From NCBI GenBank assembly GCA_016788315.1, contig JAEUSG010000116.1:1-55259 (forward strand): a stretch of DNA of 55,259 nucleotides, read 5' to 3'. Of this stretch, positions 30,401 through 39,900 are shown piece by piece (within the stretch, counting starts at the first letter, position 1; the number at the start of each line of letters is the position of its first letter). Both the position numbers and the translations under genes were made by a program. The notes under the pieces were generated by a model. That model had not been told where the DNA came from, made no database searches, and was given only the letters and a program-made list of their open reading frames with translations. Source of the DNA: Fibrobacterota bacterium (lineage in GTDB: Bacteria; Fibrobacterota; OXYB2-FULL-49-7; JAEUSG01).

Positions 30401-30483
30401 GGCAAAGCCTCTCTTACTTTAATCGGTATATCAATAGCGTATATTAACGACTGCAGCGAAAGTAACAAGGCTACAATTCTCAT
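27436..30483 (-). CDS. large secreted protein, PcRGLX(PL26)-like N-terminal domain, FN3-like module, T9SS sorting domain (paralog A)
   Basis: Credible start at the internal ATG (MRIVALLLSLQSLIYA). The N-domain pattern IPIKVRE...PVKLGIPL...FRVLERYPSGNIRWLLADF matches my recollection of the first domain of exo-rhamnogalacturonan-lyase-like proteins. The C-terminus reads VSPNPFNPSISISI...GIYVIGAQINGKLFFRRITLMK. Confidence 0.45.
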   Translation of the reverse strand: MRIVALLLSLQSLIYAIDIPIKVREALPANIISGWNRTNEPVKLGIPLMDKEGISSTNQIAIQNLSVYQFRVLERYPSGNIRWLLADFPATVSASDTAVYHLVNGNGQSSATLAADNGSVIALSTGVLSATILKKPVNIIEQLTVDGVSYIEAGNVGGLNLTANGHSWSSNADEDSCSAVIEENGPYRTCILIRGVFQRAGSDSVCMRYSLRLHFVKGSPTIRSILTLKNDLRAQTAPVSVQGLHWSLKTGLTVSPTFSLSGTDGVINGNITEPISMVQGYSFFRDRGYQSYASRWGVGKGYRVKKGNTVLHDWSDSADYSDGKAELTSNGKRIAAVYKQLSGWWAGGFKLGTDGTFDIAFISNDRDSAVKFSFYAHETREFLLTFGSSVSAADLSHQADYPLFALVDFDRYRRTGAYLGEKRLPDFAEMKNFLSVHGGVTNFRPFNASESVNPIWNTGFSKIGPCRIAASSGGGPDGNMMHADAAILRALQTGWGGLWLLAEGWINGMCDYPIQHAWDFELSALSGNINVSLPLSGSNTANGIGMGYKMYFEGEHPHWLGIIPWYYLTGDERVKENWRDMVNHRKHHRWEAKKNLLAGNSVGYERVYTYDMRDVVAGNFITPPDSIERSFLQFVLQNLIYPNASDADHTKPGWDLKRGFWSAKAAASATGSRIVHSFFTLEKHAENSGLVYSMLPALFSDSTAMLHKLRDRLLGLAYFNEKEQFVRRPGSYGTFYDYNIDSVQTDTSNATYSSDATFLQAFAFEETGDTQFLETGKRLYYHVYNATNCDEYFNKLSMLRFIYDYNRKDSLQVSYPVLNTVNNGNGSWTLNWNRPTGGVTRYILKYSENNIVPNLNFNRISRTYEFDTTANVNFWAANEPSKGPLSSSTSFTVEGLNPAKTYNFSLKAIRDNSVEQDTLSVEVEYGFDNSKLPKEICVSPNPFNPSISISIKGWSQQASSVGIFDVKGRKVADLTSRVSSKGVVVWDAFKFSSGIYVIGAQINGKLFFRRITLMK

Positions 30484-30666
30484 GGGCAATTCCTTTGAAT
30501 ATTGTGATGTGTAATCAAAATATCTAGACAAACCAAAAGAAAACAAGCTTAGATGTTTAATGCCATCTTATTTTCACTTTGATAAATAACGAAATAGGTT
30601 GAAAAGCACTTTAAACCATAGTTAATTTAATGACCAGAACTTCATTTCCAGAGAAAGGACTACAAT

Positions 30667-31857
30667 ATGAAAATTCTAATTGCCGATAAAGTCTCTCCTG
30701 CAATGGTTTCAGCACTTGAAAAACTCGGGTCAAAGGTGACTCTAAAACCAGAACTTTCTGAGGAGACCCTTCCTGGTGCAGTTGCAGACACAGAGATCCT
30801 GATAGTCCGCTCTACAAAGGTTAAGGCGGCAACTATAGAAGCTGCACCGAATCTTTCCCTGATCATCAGAGCTGGTGCCGGCGTGAACACAATTGATATT
30901 GCAAAAGCGAGTGAACGCGGTGTTTGTGTTGCAAACTGTCCAGGCAAAAACAATGATGCCGTTGCAGAGCTGGCGCTCGGTTTACTCATTTCAGCGGATC
31001 GCAGAATACCGGATGCAACTTCCGAACTTCGAAATGGAAAGTGGAACAAGAAGGAATTCGGTAAAGCTCGCGGACTTAAAGGTCGAACTCTCGGAATTAT
31101 CGGCCTCGGTAGCATCGGGTTTGCGCTTGCAGAAAAGGCAAAAGGTCTCGACATGAAGGTTGCTGCATGGTCAAGAAGTTTTACTCCTGAAAAGGCGGAG
31201 GAACTTGACATACAATTCTGTGCAACACTAACCGACCTTGCCAAAACTTCTGACGCAGTGAGTGTTCATGTCGCTGCTTCTAAAGGAACAGCTGGACTCA
31301 TAGGTGCAGAATTTTTCGGTGCAATGAAGAAGAATGCTATTTTTGTAAACACTTCCAGGGGTGAAGTTGTAGTAACCAACGAACTGAAAAAAGCGATCAA
31401 AGAAAAAGGGATACGCGCCGCTCTTGATGTATTTGAAAATGAACCTACAGCAGCAGAAGCTGCATTTGCTGACACAGATCTTGCTGCTTTAGTTTCAGCT
31501 GCAGCACCTCATATCGGTGCATCAACAGATCAGGCTGAAGAGGCAATTGCCGATGAAACTGTACGCATTGTAAAAATCTACTCCGAAACAGGTACCCCAA
31601 TCAATTCTGTAAACTTCAGGAAAAAATCATCCGGCACAACCCTTGTTGTACGCCACTTCAACAAAGTGGGTGTTCTTGCCGGCATACTTGATCTGCTTCG
31701 GGAAGAGGGGATCAATATTGAAGAAATGGCCAATACTATTTTCGAAGGCGAAGCAGCGGCATCATGTTCACTGAGTCTTGACAGACCGCCATCCGAAAAA
31801 CTTCTAGCCGCAATTAGAAAAGGAACAAATGTAATTCAGGCCTCTCTGAAAAGCTAG
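30667..31857 (+). CDS. serA: D-3-phosphoglycerate dehydrogenase with C-terminal ACT domain
   Basis: 396 aa. The 2-hydroxyacid dehydrogenase NAD motif GIIGLGSIGFALA, plus RGEVV and PHIGAST. C-terminal ACT-like region (LVVRHFNKVGVLAGILDLLREEGINI). Confidence 0.85.
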   Translation: MKILIADKVSPAMVSALEKLGSKVTLKPELSEETLPGAVADTEILIVRSTKVKAATIEAAPNLSLIIRAGAGVNTIDIAKASERGVCVANCPGKNNDAVAELALGLLISADRRIPDATSELRNGKWNKKEFGKARGLKGRTLGIIGLGSIGFALAEKAKGLDMKVAAWSRSFTPEKAEELDIQFCATLTDLAKTSDAVSVHVAASKGTAGLIGAEFFGAMKKNAIFVNTSRGEVVVTNELKKAIKEKGIRAALDVFENEPTAAEAAFADTDLAALVSAAAPHIGASTDQAEEAIADETVRIVKIYSETGTPINSVNFRKKSSGTTLVVRHFNKVGVLAGILDLLREEGINIEEMANTIFEGEAAASCSLSLDRPPSEKLLAAIRKGTNVIQASLKS

Positions 31858-31864
31858 TGATATT

Positions 31865-33427
31865 ATGTTTAACATCATTTTTGGAAATTGTGAAGTAATA
31901 GATGGATCCGGAGCAAAAAGTTTTATAGCTGATGTCGGTATAACTGATGATAAAATATCTGCTATAGGAAATCTGTCCAGTATTGAGGCATTAAAAAGGC
32001 TTGATCTTTCGGGCAAGGCTATAGCGCCTGGTTTTGTAAATGTTCACGGCCATTCAGATGGCTGGCTTATTAAAAAGAGAAACTTCACTGTCCAGACATC
32101 ACAAGGGTACACGACTGAACTTTTAATGACCGACGGCTTCTCTTACGCTCCTGTGAATCCATCAACATTACCGGAATTCATCCACTATTTGCGGACTATA
32201 AACGGGCTTGAACTCTCTGATTATTCCGGCTGGGAAACAATCACTGATTACATGAAGCTTGTGGACAAAAAAACTTCACAGAATACATTAGCTCAAATCC
32301 CTTACTCTAATCTCCGTGTTATAGCAGATGGATTTTCAGATAAAGCATTGTCTTCAAATCAGCGTTCTGCCATAAGAAAGATTGTAGAAACTGAGATGGC
32401 AAACGGAGCTGTCGGTTTGTCAACAGGCCTTGATTATGCAGCTCAATGTTTTGCAACCACCGAAGATCTAATAGATGCCTGTCTTCCGTTCTCAGGTTCA
32501 AAGGCGCTCTATATAACACACATGAGATATGCTATAGGACGGCTTGAGGCACTCAAGGAAGCAGTTGAAATAGGGAAAAAAGCCAAAGTTGGTGTACATA
32601 TATCCCATTTCATGGGCAGAACCCCTGAAGAGTCCGAGGTACTTATTGACTATGTGAACAAGGTTGCTGTTAATGAAGTCGATTTCTCATTCGACTCTAT
32701 ACCATATACGTCATCATGTACACTTCTCGGCGCTCAGCTTCCTCTGGAAGCGTGGACAGAAGGCTCAATTGCCGCACTGAATAAGCTTAAAGAACCGGCA
32801 GTACAGAAAATACTCGATGAAAAGATCAAGCTTCTCCCTCTCGATCGCTTCTACATTGCATGGATACCCGGAGATTCACACACACATCTCTTCGGAAAAA
32901 CACTTGCTGAATATATCGTCTCAGTTAATAAAAGTCCTCTCGATGCAGTAACAGATTTACTGCTTGAAACTAACCTTTCTGTTCTATGTGTAAATAGGTA
33001 TGTTGACGACACAGCAGTATTCCCGTTTCTCGCTCATGATAAATTCATGCTCGGTAGCGACGGCATCTGGCAGCCCGGAGGCTTTCTTCACCCGCGAACT
33101 CTCGGCAGTACAGGAAGACTTTTGGGCAGCTGCGTAAAAAAGTTCAACCTCTTTTCTATGGAAAAAGCTGTTCAGAAAATGACCGACATACCATGCAGAA
33201 AATTCGGTATTCATAACAGAGGACTGATTAAGGAAAACTACTTTGCAGATTTGGTGATTTTCAATCCTAAGACTGTAACCGAGAGGGCTGGTTTTGACAA
33301 CCCCCTCGACAGTACTGTCGGCATTGAATCTGTATATGTAAATGGCATTGAAATAGTCTCTAACGGGCAGGATGTTTTAAAGCCGGAGACCACACCACCC
33401 GGTCGCTATCTTAAATTCCAGCCCTAG
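31865..33427 (+). CDS. N-acyl-D-amino-acid deacylase (D-aminoacylase) family amidohydrolase
   Basis: 520 aa. N-terminus VIDGSGAKSFIADVGITDDKISAIGNL...APGFVNVHGHSD (metal-binding HxH). Starts 7 nt after serA. Confidence 0.7.
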   Translation: MFNIIFGNCEVIDGSGAKSFIADVGITDDKISAIGNLSSIEALKRLDLSGKAIAPGFVNVHGHSDGWLIKKRNFTVQTSQGYTTELLMTDGFSYAPVNPSTLPEFIHYLRTINGLELSDYSGWETITDYMKLVDKKTSQNTLAQIPYSNLRVIADGFSDKALSSNQRSAIRKIVETEMANGAVGLSTGLDYAAQCFATTEDLIDACLPFSGSKALYITHMRYAIGRLEALKEAVEIGKKAKVGVHISHFMGRTPEESEVLIDYVNKVAVNEVDFSFDSIPYTSSCTLLGAQLPLEAWTEGSIAALNKLKEPAVQKILDEKIKLLPLDRFYIAWIPGDSHTHLFGKTLAEYIVSVNKSPLDAVTDLLLETNLSVLCVNRYVDDTAVFPFLAHDKFMLGSDGIWQPGGFLHPRTLGSTGRLLGSCVKKFNLFSMEKAVQKMTDIPCRKFGIHNRGLIKENYFADLVIFNPKTVTERAGFDNPLDSTVGIESVYVNGIEIVSNGQDVLKPETTPPGRYLKFQP

Positions 33428-33431
33428 TAGG

Positions 33432-36335
33432 CTATCGTATCTTTAATAACCTGGTCTCAAGTCGCTTTCCCTCGTAATCCATCTTTACGAGATATACACC
33501 TGCGGCAACAACATTACCGTTTCTGTGACGACCATTCCATTTGAATGAGTTGTGTCCCTGTCCAGCTGCTGTCACTATATGGCTGACAATTTCACGACCT
33601 GCTAAATCAAATATTCCAATCTTTACAACACCTCTCATTCCGGTTACAAAATTAATTGTACTGGAAGAGCTGAAAGGGTTTGGAGCGGCGGACAACATCA
33701 CCTGTTTCGAATTAGTAGCTTTAATATATGCATTGACATGTCCGTAATCTGCACCGTTCATGTTATCGCATGCGAAATTCTTTTTCATACGAACCATACC
33801 TGTATTTACAAAGTCAGCAACATAAATGTAATCATCTGTTGCATCGACACTGTTTGGCCAGGACAACGGTACCTTTGTTGCCTTGTCCCACTGGCCTTCT
33901 ATAGCAAGCCAGTCATCGATATTACCATATGTTCCGAAACGTAATATTTCATTTCCCTCATTATCCATTACATGCACACCCTGTGCAAGCGTATTCGGAT
34001 AATAAATGCGTCCATAAGGATCAACACCAAATCTGGCGCCTATACCGTTGGCATCTGCACCAAACTTTCCAAAGCCCACTCCATATTTCTTTTCAGGAGC
34101 AATTCGTGCATTTGTAAACAGAGCACCTGCACTATCAATATTACCTGTTGCCTTGTACTTATATATGTCGCCCATTATACTTTTATACGCTTCATCATTT
34201 TCAAAACCAGCTGGAATTGAATCAGGTATCTTTCCGAACGAGTTTCCTATATAGATATTTCCCTGCAAATCAGTTCTGACGCATGAAGCCCGCTGTCCAA
34301 CACTGTCAAGGCCAATTTTCTTTGGTGTTCCTGTAACCGGATCAACATAGTGGTACTGAAGCCACAGGTTCTGATAATTTCTGTTCCAGCCGTTTATCGC
34401 GACGACTCCGCCATCCGGAGTTGGCCAAACACCTCTGTCTCTATATAATGATCCTGGCACCTCATTGGTCTGCATCGTATCGCTGACTCGGCAGCTGCCG
34501 CTTTGCGCCGCTACAAAACCATGATAATGGTTGTCCAGGTCCAGCTTAAAAACGACCTCATTATCACTGGATGGCATTAATAATGCAACTACCAATGAGC
34601 GGTTTTTTGCATCAATACCGAAATCTGATGTGACAATTTGTCTGGTCCCTATTCCATATGCCCAATTTGAGTGAGTAGCAGAGGCAACATCAAGAGAACA
34701 TTTTTCATATACCGGATTATCCCAGTTTGTCAGCTTGAAAAAATCTCCCGAACCGGATGCAATGAATACAGCTTCAGTTTTAGGATCAACAGCCATCCTC
34801 TGAAATCCGAGAAACCGCTGTTTCTTTCCTGAATTATAGAAATCCTTAACAACTTCAAGGTTTGCGCCATTTTCTTTAAAGACTATTGCACCAATGTCCT
34901 TAAATGCAATCCAGATTCTTTTAGATGTTCCTGTACCATTTATAATAAGATAAGTACGATCACGACCAAGTGTCGCTACTTTAACATCACAAATAGGAAT
35001 GGTAATAGAAGGAGCGTTGTCTGTTCGCCAGTTGTCAATTCTATATAGCTTTATATTTCCCGGGCTACCGAAATAGCCATATCTGGAGGCCACATACAGA
35101 GCACCAGTTTCAGAATCATATGTAATAGCATCGGGGTACATTAATGAAATTGTGCGAATTACTGTGGCATTTGAATCCAGAATCATAACCTGATTATTAT
35201 AGCGGTTACAGACAAAAACATGACCGCTGTCATCAATGGCTGTACCATGAACAGCTGTATATGACTTATTACCACCTGCTCCGGAATTCGTTGACACCGT
35301 TCCAAGAGAAAACCATTTAACAGGCGTTCTCGTTGCTGTATCCACTTTCCAGATATTACCCTCTGTCCAGAATGCTGTATCTATTCTGCAGAATCCGCTA
35401 AGATAAAAATGAGACTTATCTTTTGTATATGTTATGAAGATTGGACCCATAACTTTTCGTGGACTTCCAATATCAAATACAATTCGTGGATTTTCTGTAA
35501 TCCTGCCCTTTACCTGATTTGCAGCAATAGGATCGATAGAACCATCTGTATTAAATCTCAAAAGTTCAAATGTAGATGCATTGGCTATTGTCAATTTTGA
35601 ACTATCAAGAGTCGGGACCATTATTGGACATGGACCGAAATCTGGCATGGCATTAATTGCATTTTTTGAGTACATTGGCCAGGTAAATCTGTAAAACGAG
35701 GCATTGACTTTAGGTGAGTATGTTCCGTCCTGCTTAAAGTTTACACCCCAACCGGAAATCTTATTCTGCGCCATTCCTGATGGATATGGGAAAACCATAC
35801 GCACATAATTTCCATCCCTGTCATATTTTCTGACGGTGTAAACTCCCATTTGATTATTCGTTCCATACATATACACAGATCCGTCAGGTTTCGCATCCAA
35901 CCCGGCTACTGCCCAGATATGATGGTCACCGCCAACCATTTCCTTTGAGAAGAAAGCATATGGATCACCACCGACAATTCTGTCAATCTTTGTTGTCATT
36001 CCGACTCTTACCCGGACGTTCAGATTAGCGGTATTAACCACAAGTTGTCTATAATCATCTTTGCCATCCCATATAAGAGTCTGTGATAGTGTGGATGCGG
36101 ATAAAGGAGATGGTGTTTTCGCAATACCGATTCTTCCAGCTGCAAGATGTCTGATTATAGATTTTGTTACAGTATCAATTATTGCTACTTCGACATCGGA
36201 AGGTTCGTTAATTTCAAATGTAATGTTCCACGAACTGCCATTTTTTTCAAAAACAGGTTTTCGTACAAAACTTGGAACAGCAATTACGCTTGTTAGAACT
36301 GCGAACAGGAAAAGTACTGAAAATTTGTATCTCAT
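33432..36335 (-). CDS. secreted NHL-repeat beta-propeller protein with N-terminal Ig-like module and T9SS sorting domain (paralog A)
   Basis: Signal peptide MRYKFSVLFLFAVLTSVIA. NHL-like blades (GHVFVCNRYNNQVMILDSNATVIRTI; DYIYVADFVNTGMVRMKKNF). The C-terminus reads AAPNPFSSSSTINF...GVYLVKMDYEGKRLETRLLKIR. Confidence 0.65.
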   Translation of the reverse strand: MRYKFSVLFLFAVLTSVIAVPSFVRKPVFEKNGSSWNITFEINEPSDVEVAIIDTVTKSIIRHLAAGRIGIAKTPSPLSASTLSQTLIWDGKDDYRQLVVNTANLNVRVRVGMTTKIDRIVGGDPYAFFSKEMVGGDHHIWAVAGLDAKPDGSVYMYGTNNQMGVYTVRKYDRDGNYVRMVFPYPSGMAQNKISGWGVNFKQDGTYSPKVNASFYRFTWPMYSKNAINAMPDFGPCPIMVPTLDSSKLTIANASTFELLRFNTDGSIDPIAANQVKGRITENPRIVFDIGSPRKVMGPIFITYTKDKSHFYLSGFCRIDTAFWTEGNIWKVDTATRTPVKWFSLGTVSTNSGAGGNKSYTAVHGTAIDDSGHVFVCNRYNNQVMILDSNATVIRTISLMYPDAITYDSETGALYVASRYGYFGSPGNIKLYRIDNWRTDNAPSITIPICDVKVATLGRDRTYLIINGTGTSKRIWIAFKDIGAIVFKENGANLEVVKDFYNSGKKQRFLGFQRMAVDPKTEAVFIASGSGDFFKLTNWDNPVYEKCSLDVASATHSNWAYGIGTRQIVTSDFGIDAKNRSLVVALLMPSSDNEVVFKLDLDNHYHGFVAAQSGSCRVSDTMQTNEVPGSLYRDRGVWPTPDGGVVAINGWNRNYQNLWLQYHYVDPVTGTPKKIGLDSVGQRASCVRTDLQGNIYIGNSFGKIPDSIPAGFENDEAYKSIMGDIYKYKATGNIDSAGALFTNARIAPEKKYGVGFGKFGADANGIGARFGVDPYGRIYYPNTLAQGVHVMDNEGNEILRFGTYGNIDDWLAIEGQWDKATKVPLSWPNSVDATDDYIYVADFVNTGMVRMKKNFACDNMNGADYGHVNAYIKATNSKQVMLSAAPNPFSSSSTINFVTGMRGVVKIGIFDLAGREIVSHIVTAAGQGHNSFKWNGRHRNGNVVAAGVYLVKMDYEGKRLETRLLKIR

Positions 36336-36468
36336 ATTGTCTCCTAAATTAAGATGACTTAACCCATAGACAACCTGGATAGCAACAATCGTTCCTAAAT
36401 ATAAACCTTAAAATTTGAAGAAAAAGCGCAACCAATCTCTAAAAAACAACAAGTTAACGTATACTAAT

Positions 36469-36822
36469 TTAAAGTATTATCACTCTCTTTTTATGAATCT
36501 TTCCACTTATGTCCAACTTAACGAAATATACACCAGCCGCCAATTTAGCACCATTACCTGAAAGGGCGTTCCATTTGAAAGAGTGCAGACCGCTTGTTAA
36601 ACAGCCATCATGAAGTACTGCTGAAAGCTTTCCTCTCATATCGTAAACCTTTACCGTTTCTCTGCTGTTTTTCTCAATATTGAACTGAACTGTGCTGGTT
36701 ACTGAAGATGGATTTGGATATACTTCAAGGATGCTGTTTCCATTTCCAGATGATTTAAATGTTTTGTATACATTAGTATAAGTGAACGCGGAAAACGAAA
36801 ATAATAAGAGAAAGTTTGGAAC
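36469..36822 (-). pseudogene. orphan T9SS C-terminal sorting domain remnant with no usable start codon
   Basis: My translation of the minus strand reads (TGA)VPNFLLLFSFSAFTYTNVYKTFKSSGNGNSILEVYPNPSSVTSTVQFNIEKNSRETVKVYDMRGKLSAVLHDGCLTSGLHSFKWNALSGNGAKLAAGVYFVKLDISGKIHKKRVIIL(TAA). The only ATG is inside the domain, and no GTG or TTG lies upstream in frame. It is absent from the ORF track. Confidence 0.6.
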
Positions 36823-36913
36823 TCAAGAATGAGTGTTGACTTTAGAGCCTTTTTAGGTTAGTTTGTTGAGAAAACAAATATTGCCGTTTTAGGCGCTTAA
36901 AAAGGGGGTTGGT

Positions 36914-39900
36914 ATGCGGATTCTGTCAGCGTTGCTGGTTTTGATTTTTTCTGCAACAGCTTTACACGCTGCACTTAAAATTCCACTCACCGTGAAAGAT
37001 GGCGCTTCCGCCGGAAATATTACCCAGTATCCGGTTAAGGTTGGTGTCCCCCTGCCGATGGGAACCTATGATAACACCGCGAACTTCCGGGTCGTGGATG
37101 CTTCGGGCAACACGGTTCCAGCCCAGTTTGATGTTCTTGCCCGCTGGTGGCCGCGCAACACATCCATCCGTTTTGTTCTCGTTCAGTTTCTTACAGATGT
37201 CAACAGCGGTTCACGCAGCCGCTACTTTTTACAGGATGATGGTTCCGGCAACGCTGCAACAGGTGTACAGATAAGTGAAGATGCCGCCCGCTACTCGGTC
37301 AATGCTGGTAAAGTCCAGTTTGAAGTAAAAAAGAACAGCTTCAATATTATTGACCGGCTATGGTATGATGTCAACAACAACGGAACTTTCGAAACTGCTG
37401 AAGAGATGCTCAAATCGGGCCAGGGAAATGGTGCGGCACTTACTGATACATTAGGGAATGTGACCTGTGATACAGCTAAAACCGGTCTCAAGTTCACAAT
37501 GGAGGAATCGGGGCCGGTTCGCATGGTTCTCAAAGTGGAAAGTCCGACCGATACAGCACAGAACGGCTGGGGTTTCATTGTGCGTATACAGGCCTATTAC
37601 AATCAGCCGTTTGTGGTACTCGATTATTATCTGAAGAATTCAGCTTATGGTGCTACCGGTCACCATCTCAGTTACTCAAAATTTGCACTGGTGAACAATC
37701 TCTCCTCCCTGGGGAGTGCGACGGTTCGTGCGGGCGGCGCTCTCGCGGATAATGCCGGTGCCTACGAAGCTGCTCTGGGCAGTTCCGCAGTTACAGATGT
37801 GGCCACAGCATGGTCAACCTATACAGTCAACGGAAGCGTCAAGAGCGGTATTGCTGCAGGATATGTTGACCTTTCTGACAATGTTAAGGGAATGATGGCT
37901 GTTGTCCGGAAATTCTCTTATCTCTGGCCCACGGGTCTTGAAGTAACCGCAGACAAAAAGATTAATGTCAATCTCTGGCCGCAGGGTTCGCACCGGATGC
38001 TTGATGAAACGCGACGTTCCCATCAGGTGCTCCTCTATTTCCATCCGGGAAGTGCAACACAGGCAGACCTGTTCAAACAGGCGAAAATTTTCCAGCAGTA
38101 TCCGGTACCGGTGCTCCAGCCCACCTGGTACGCGCAGACTCATGCCTTCAGTGACTGGGGCGGGGTCGGGTTTCCTTCAGACACCACCTGGAATGAAGCG
38201 CTCTATAATCCGCCGACATCATATGCAGGTACGGGAAACAGCCTGGCAACGGGCTGGTGGAACTGGGGCGGTTCACCAGGACGGCGCAACAGCTCCGGCG
38301 GCGGCGGCTGGCCCGGATACCTTGATGATTATGTGTCGTGCGGCAGTCCGGCCTATTTTTATCACGCCGATGATGTGGCCCGTCACACAGCAGAAATGAG
38401 GCCCATGTGGATGGATAATTTCCAGTACGGCACCGATAACCGGCTGGTCAAGATAGAATATCCGCCGGCATGCGGTCTACGCGCTCCTAATGCCGGTCTC
38501 GATTCTACAACCTGGACATCATGGGATTATGAACACATCTGGATTTATGAAATCCTTCAGTACTATTTCATGTCAGGAGAACGGTTCTGTCAGGATTATC
38601 TGAAGATGCAGGCTGATTTTACTATGCTATCAAATTGGGATCTCTCCATTGCCGATACTATGAAGCCGCCCTATTACCATGATTTTACCAGAAGCCACGG
38701 ACAATCCATCCGAACTGCAGTGGATGCCTACAAGGCCACAGGCGAAGAGCGGTATCTTAAAATTATCAAGGCGTATGCGCAGTACTTTGTAGATAATGCA
38801 AAATCACCATATGGAATATTCTGTCTGAAACCTTTCATGTCCTCTTTTATTTCGTCAAGCGGATTTGATATTTACTTCCTGCTGCCGGAGAATACCTCTG
38901 AAGAGCGTATCCTTAAAGAGCGGTTTCTGCGGGTGCTTCAGAGCGCAGGTAATGGTGCTGTTTATTGGGGCGGCAACAATACAGCCAGCTGTCCCAAAGC
39001 ATGGGGACAGGCCTATCAATACCGTGCAGACTCGGTCTATGTAAGGCCAACACCATCCGGTATCGAAGGTGAGTTCTACTATGTCTCATATTATATGAAC
39101 CATCTGGGACTCTCCTATTTCCTCTTCGGCGATACAGTTTATCGCAGTCTTATCGGGCGCAGTAATCCGAATGGAGCCGTCCTAAATCCGCCACAGAGTT
39201 TCATGGCGGCACCTGTCGGTTCTGCACCGGCAAACTACTATAGGGGAGCGAGTGCCGCCTGGTATAATCCGGAACAGAAAAAATCGGTGATGCCTCCCCG
39301 CATAACTACGCTCAAAGCTGTCTCAAGCCATGACCGCGTTGTTGCGCTGCAATGGACATCCGTGGGCGGCGATGCGTACAAACTCTGCTGGTCGAACAAG
39401 CCTATTGTCAACAAGCTTGGACGGGTGGCGCCGCTTGACAGCGGGGATATCTATTTACCATATCCCGATACGGTCAAGGCCTTCACAAATATTTATCGGG
39501 CCATACCTCTTGATATTACCGGCAAGCCGAAGACCAGCGGGCAGACAGAGCTGTTTACAACCGCAACATTGCCGGATTCTCTGATTGGGAAAAAGGTTTA
39601 TTTCATTCTGCAGGCAGTGAATATCGCTTCTGATGTCGACCAGTGCCGCGGTGCCATCTCCAATCTTGACAGCATTGTTCTTGATAGTGCAAAGGGAACT
39701 TTCGGTCCGGCGGACTCTACAGTGTTTCCGAGAACGGTACGCAGTGTTTACACCATGAACAGCGGTGAACTCATGGTAGTTCTTAACAATCCGGTTACCG
39801 GCGGCAGTGCGCTTACCTGGGGTGTCGCTCTTGCACACGCTGCAAAGGGTACTCAACTCACAATCAGTTCTGTGGAACTGGATACGAACTGCAAAACCCT

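Noticed and set aside
30660-31244. 194-aa minus-strand ORF antisense to serA
   Set aside because: serA on the plus strand has clear dehydrogenase motifs. The antisense product is Ala/Ser/Pro-rich, as is typical of shadow ORFs.
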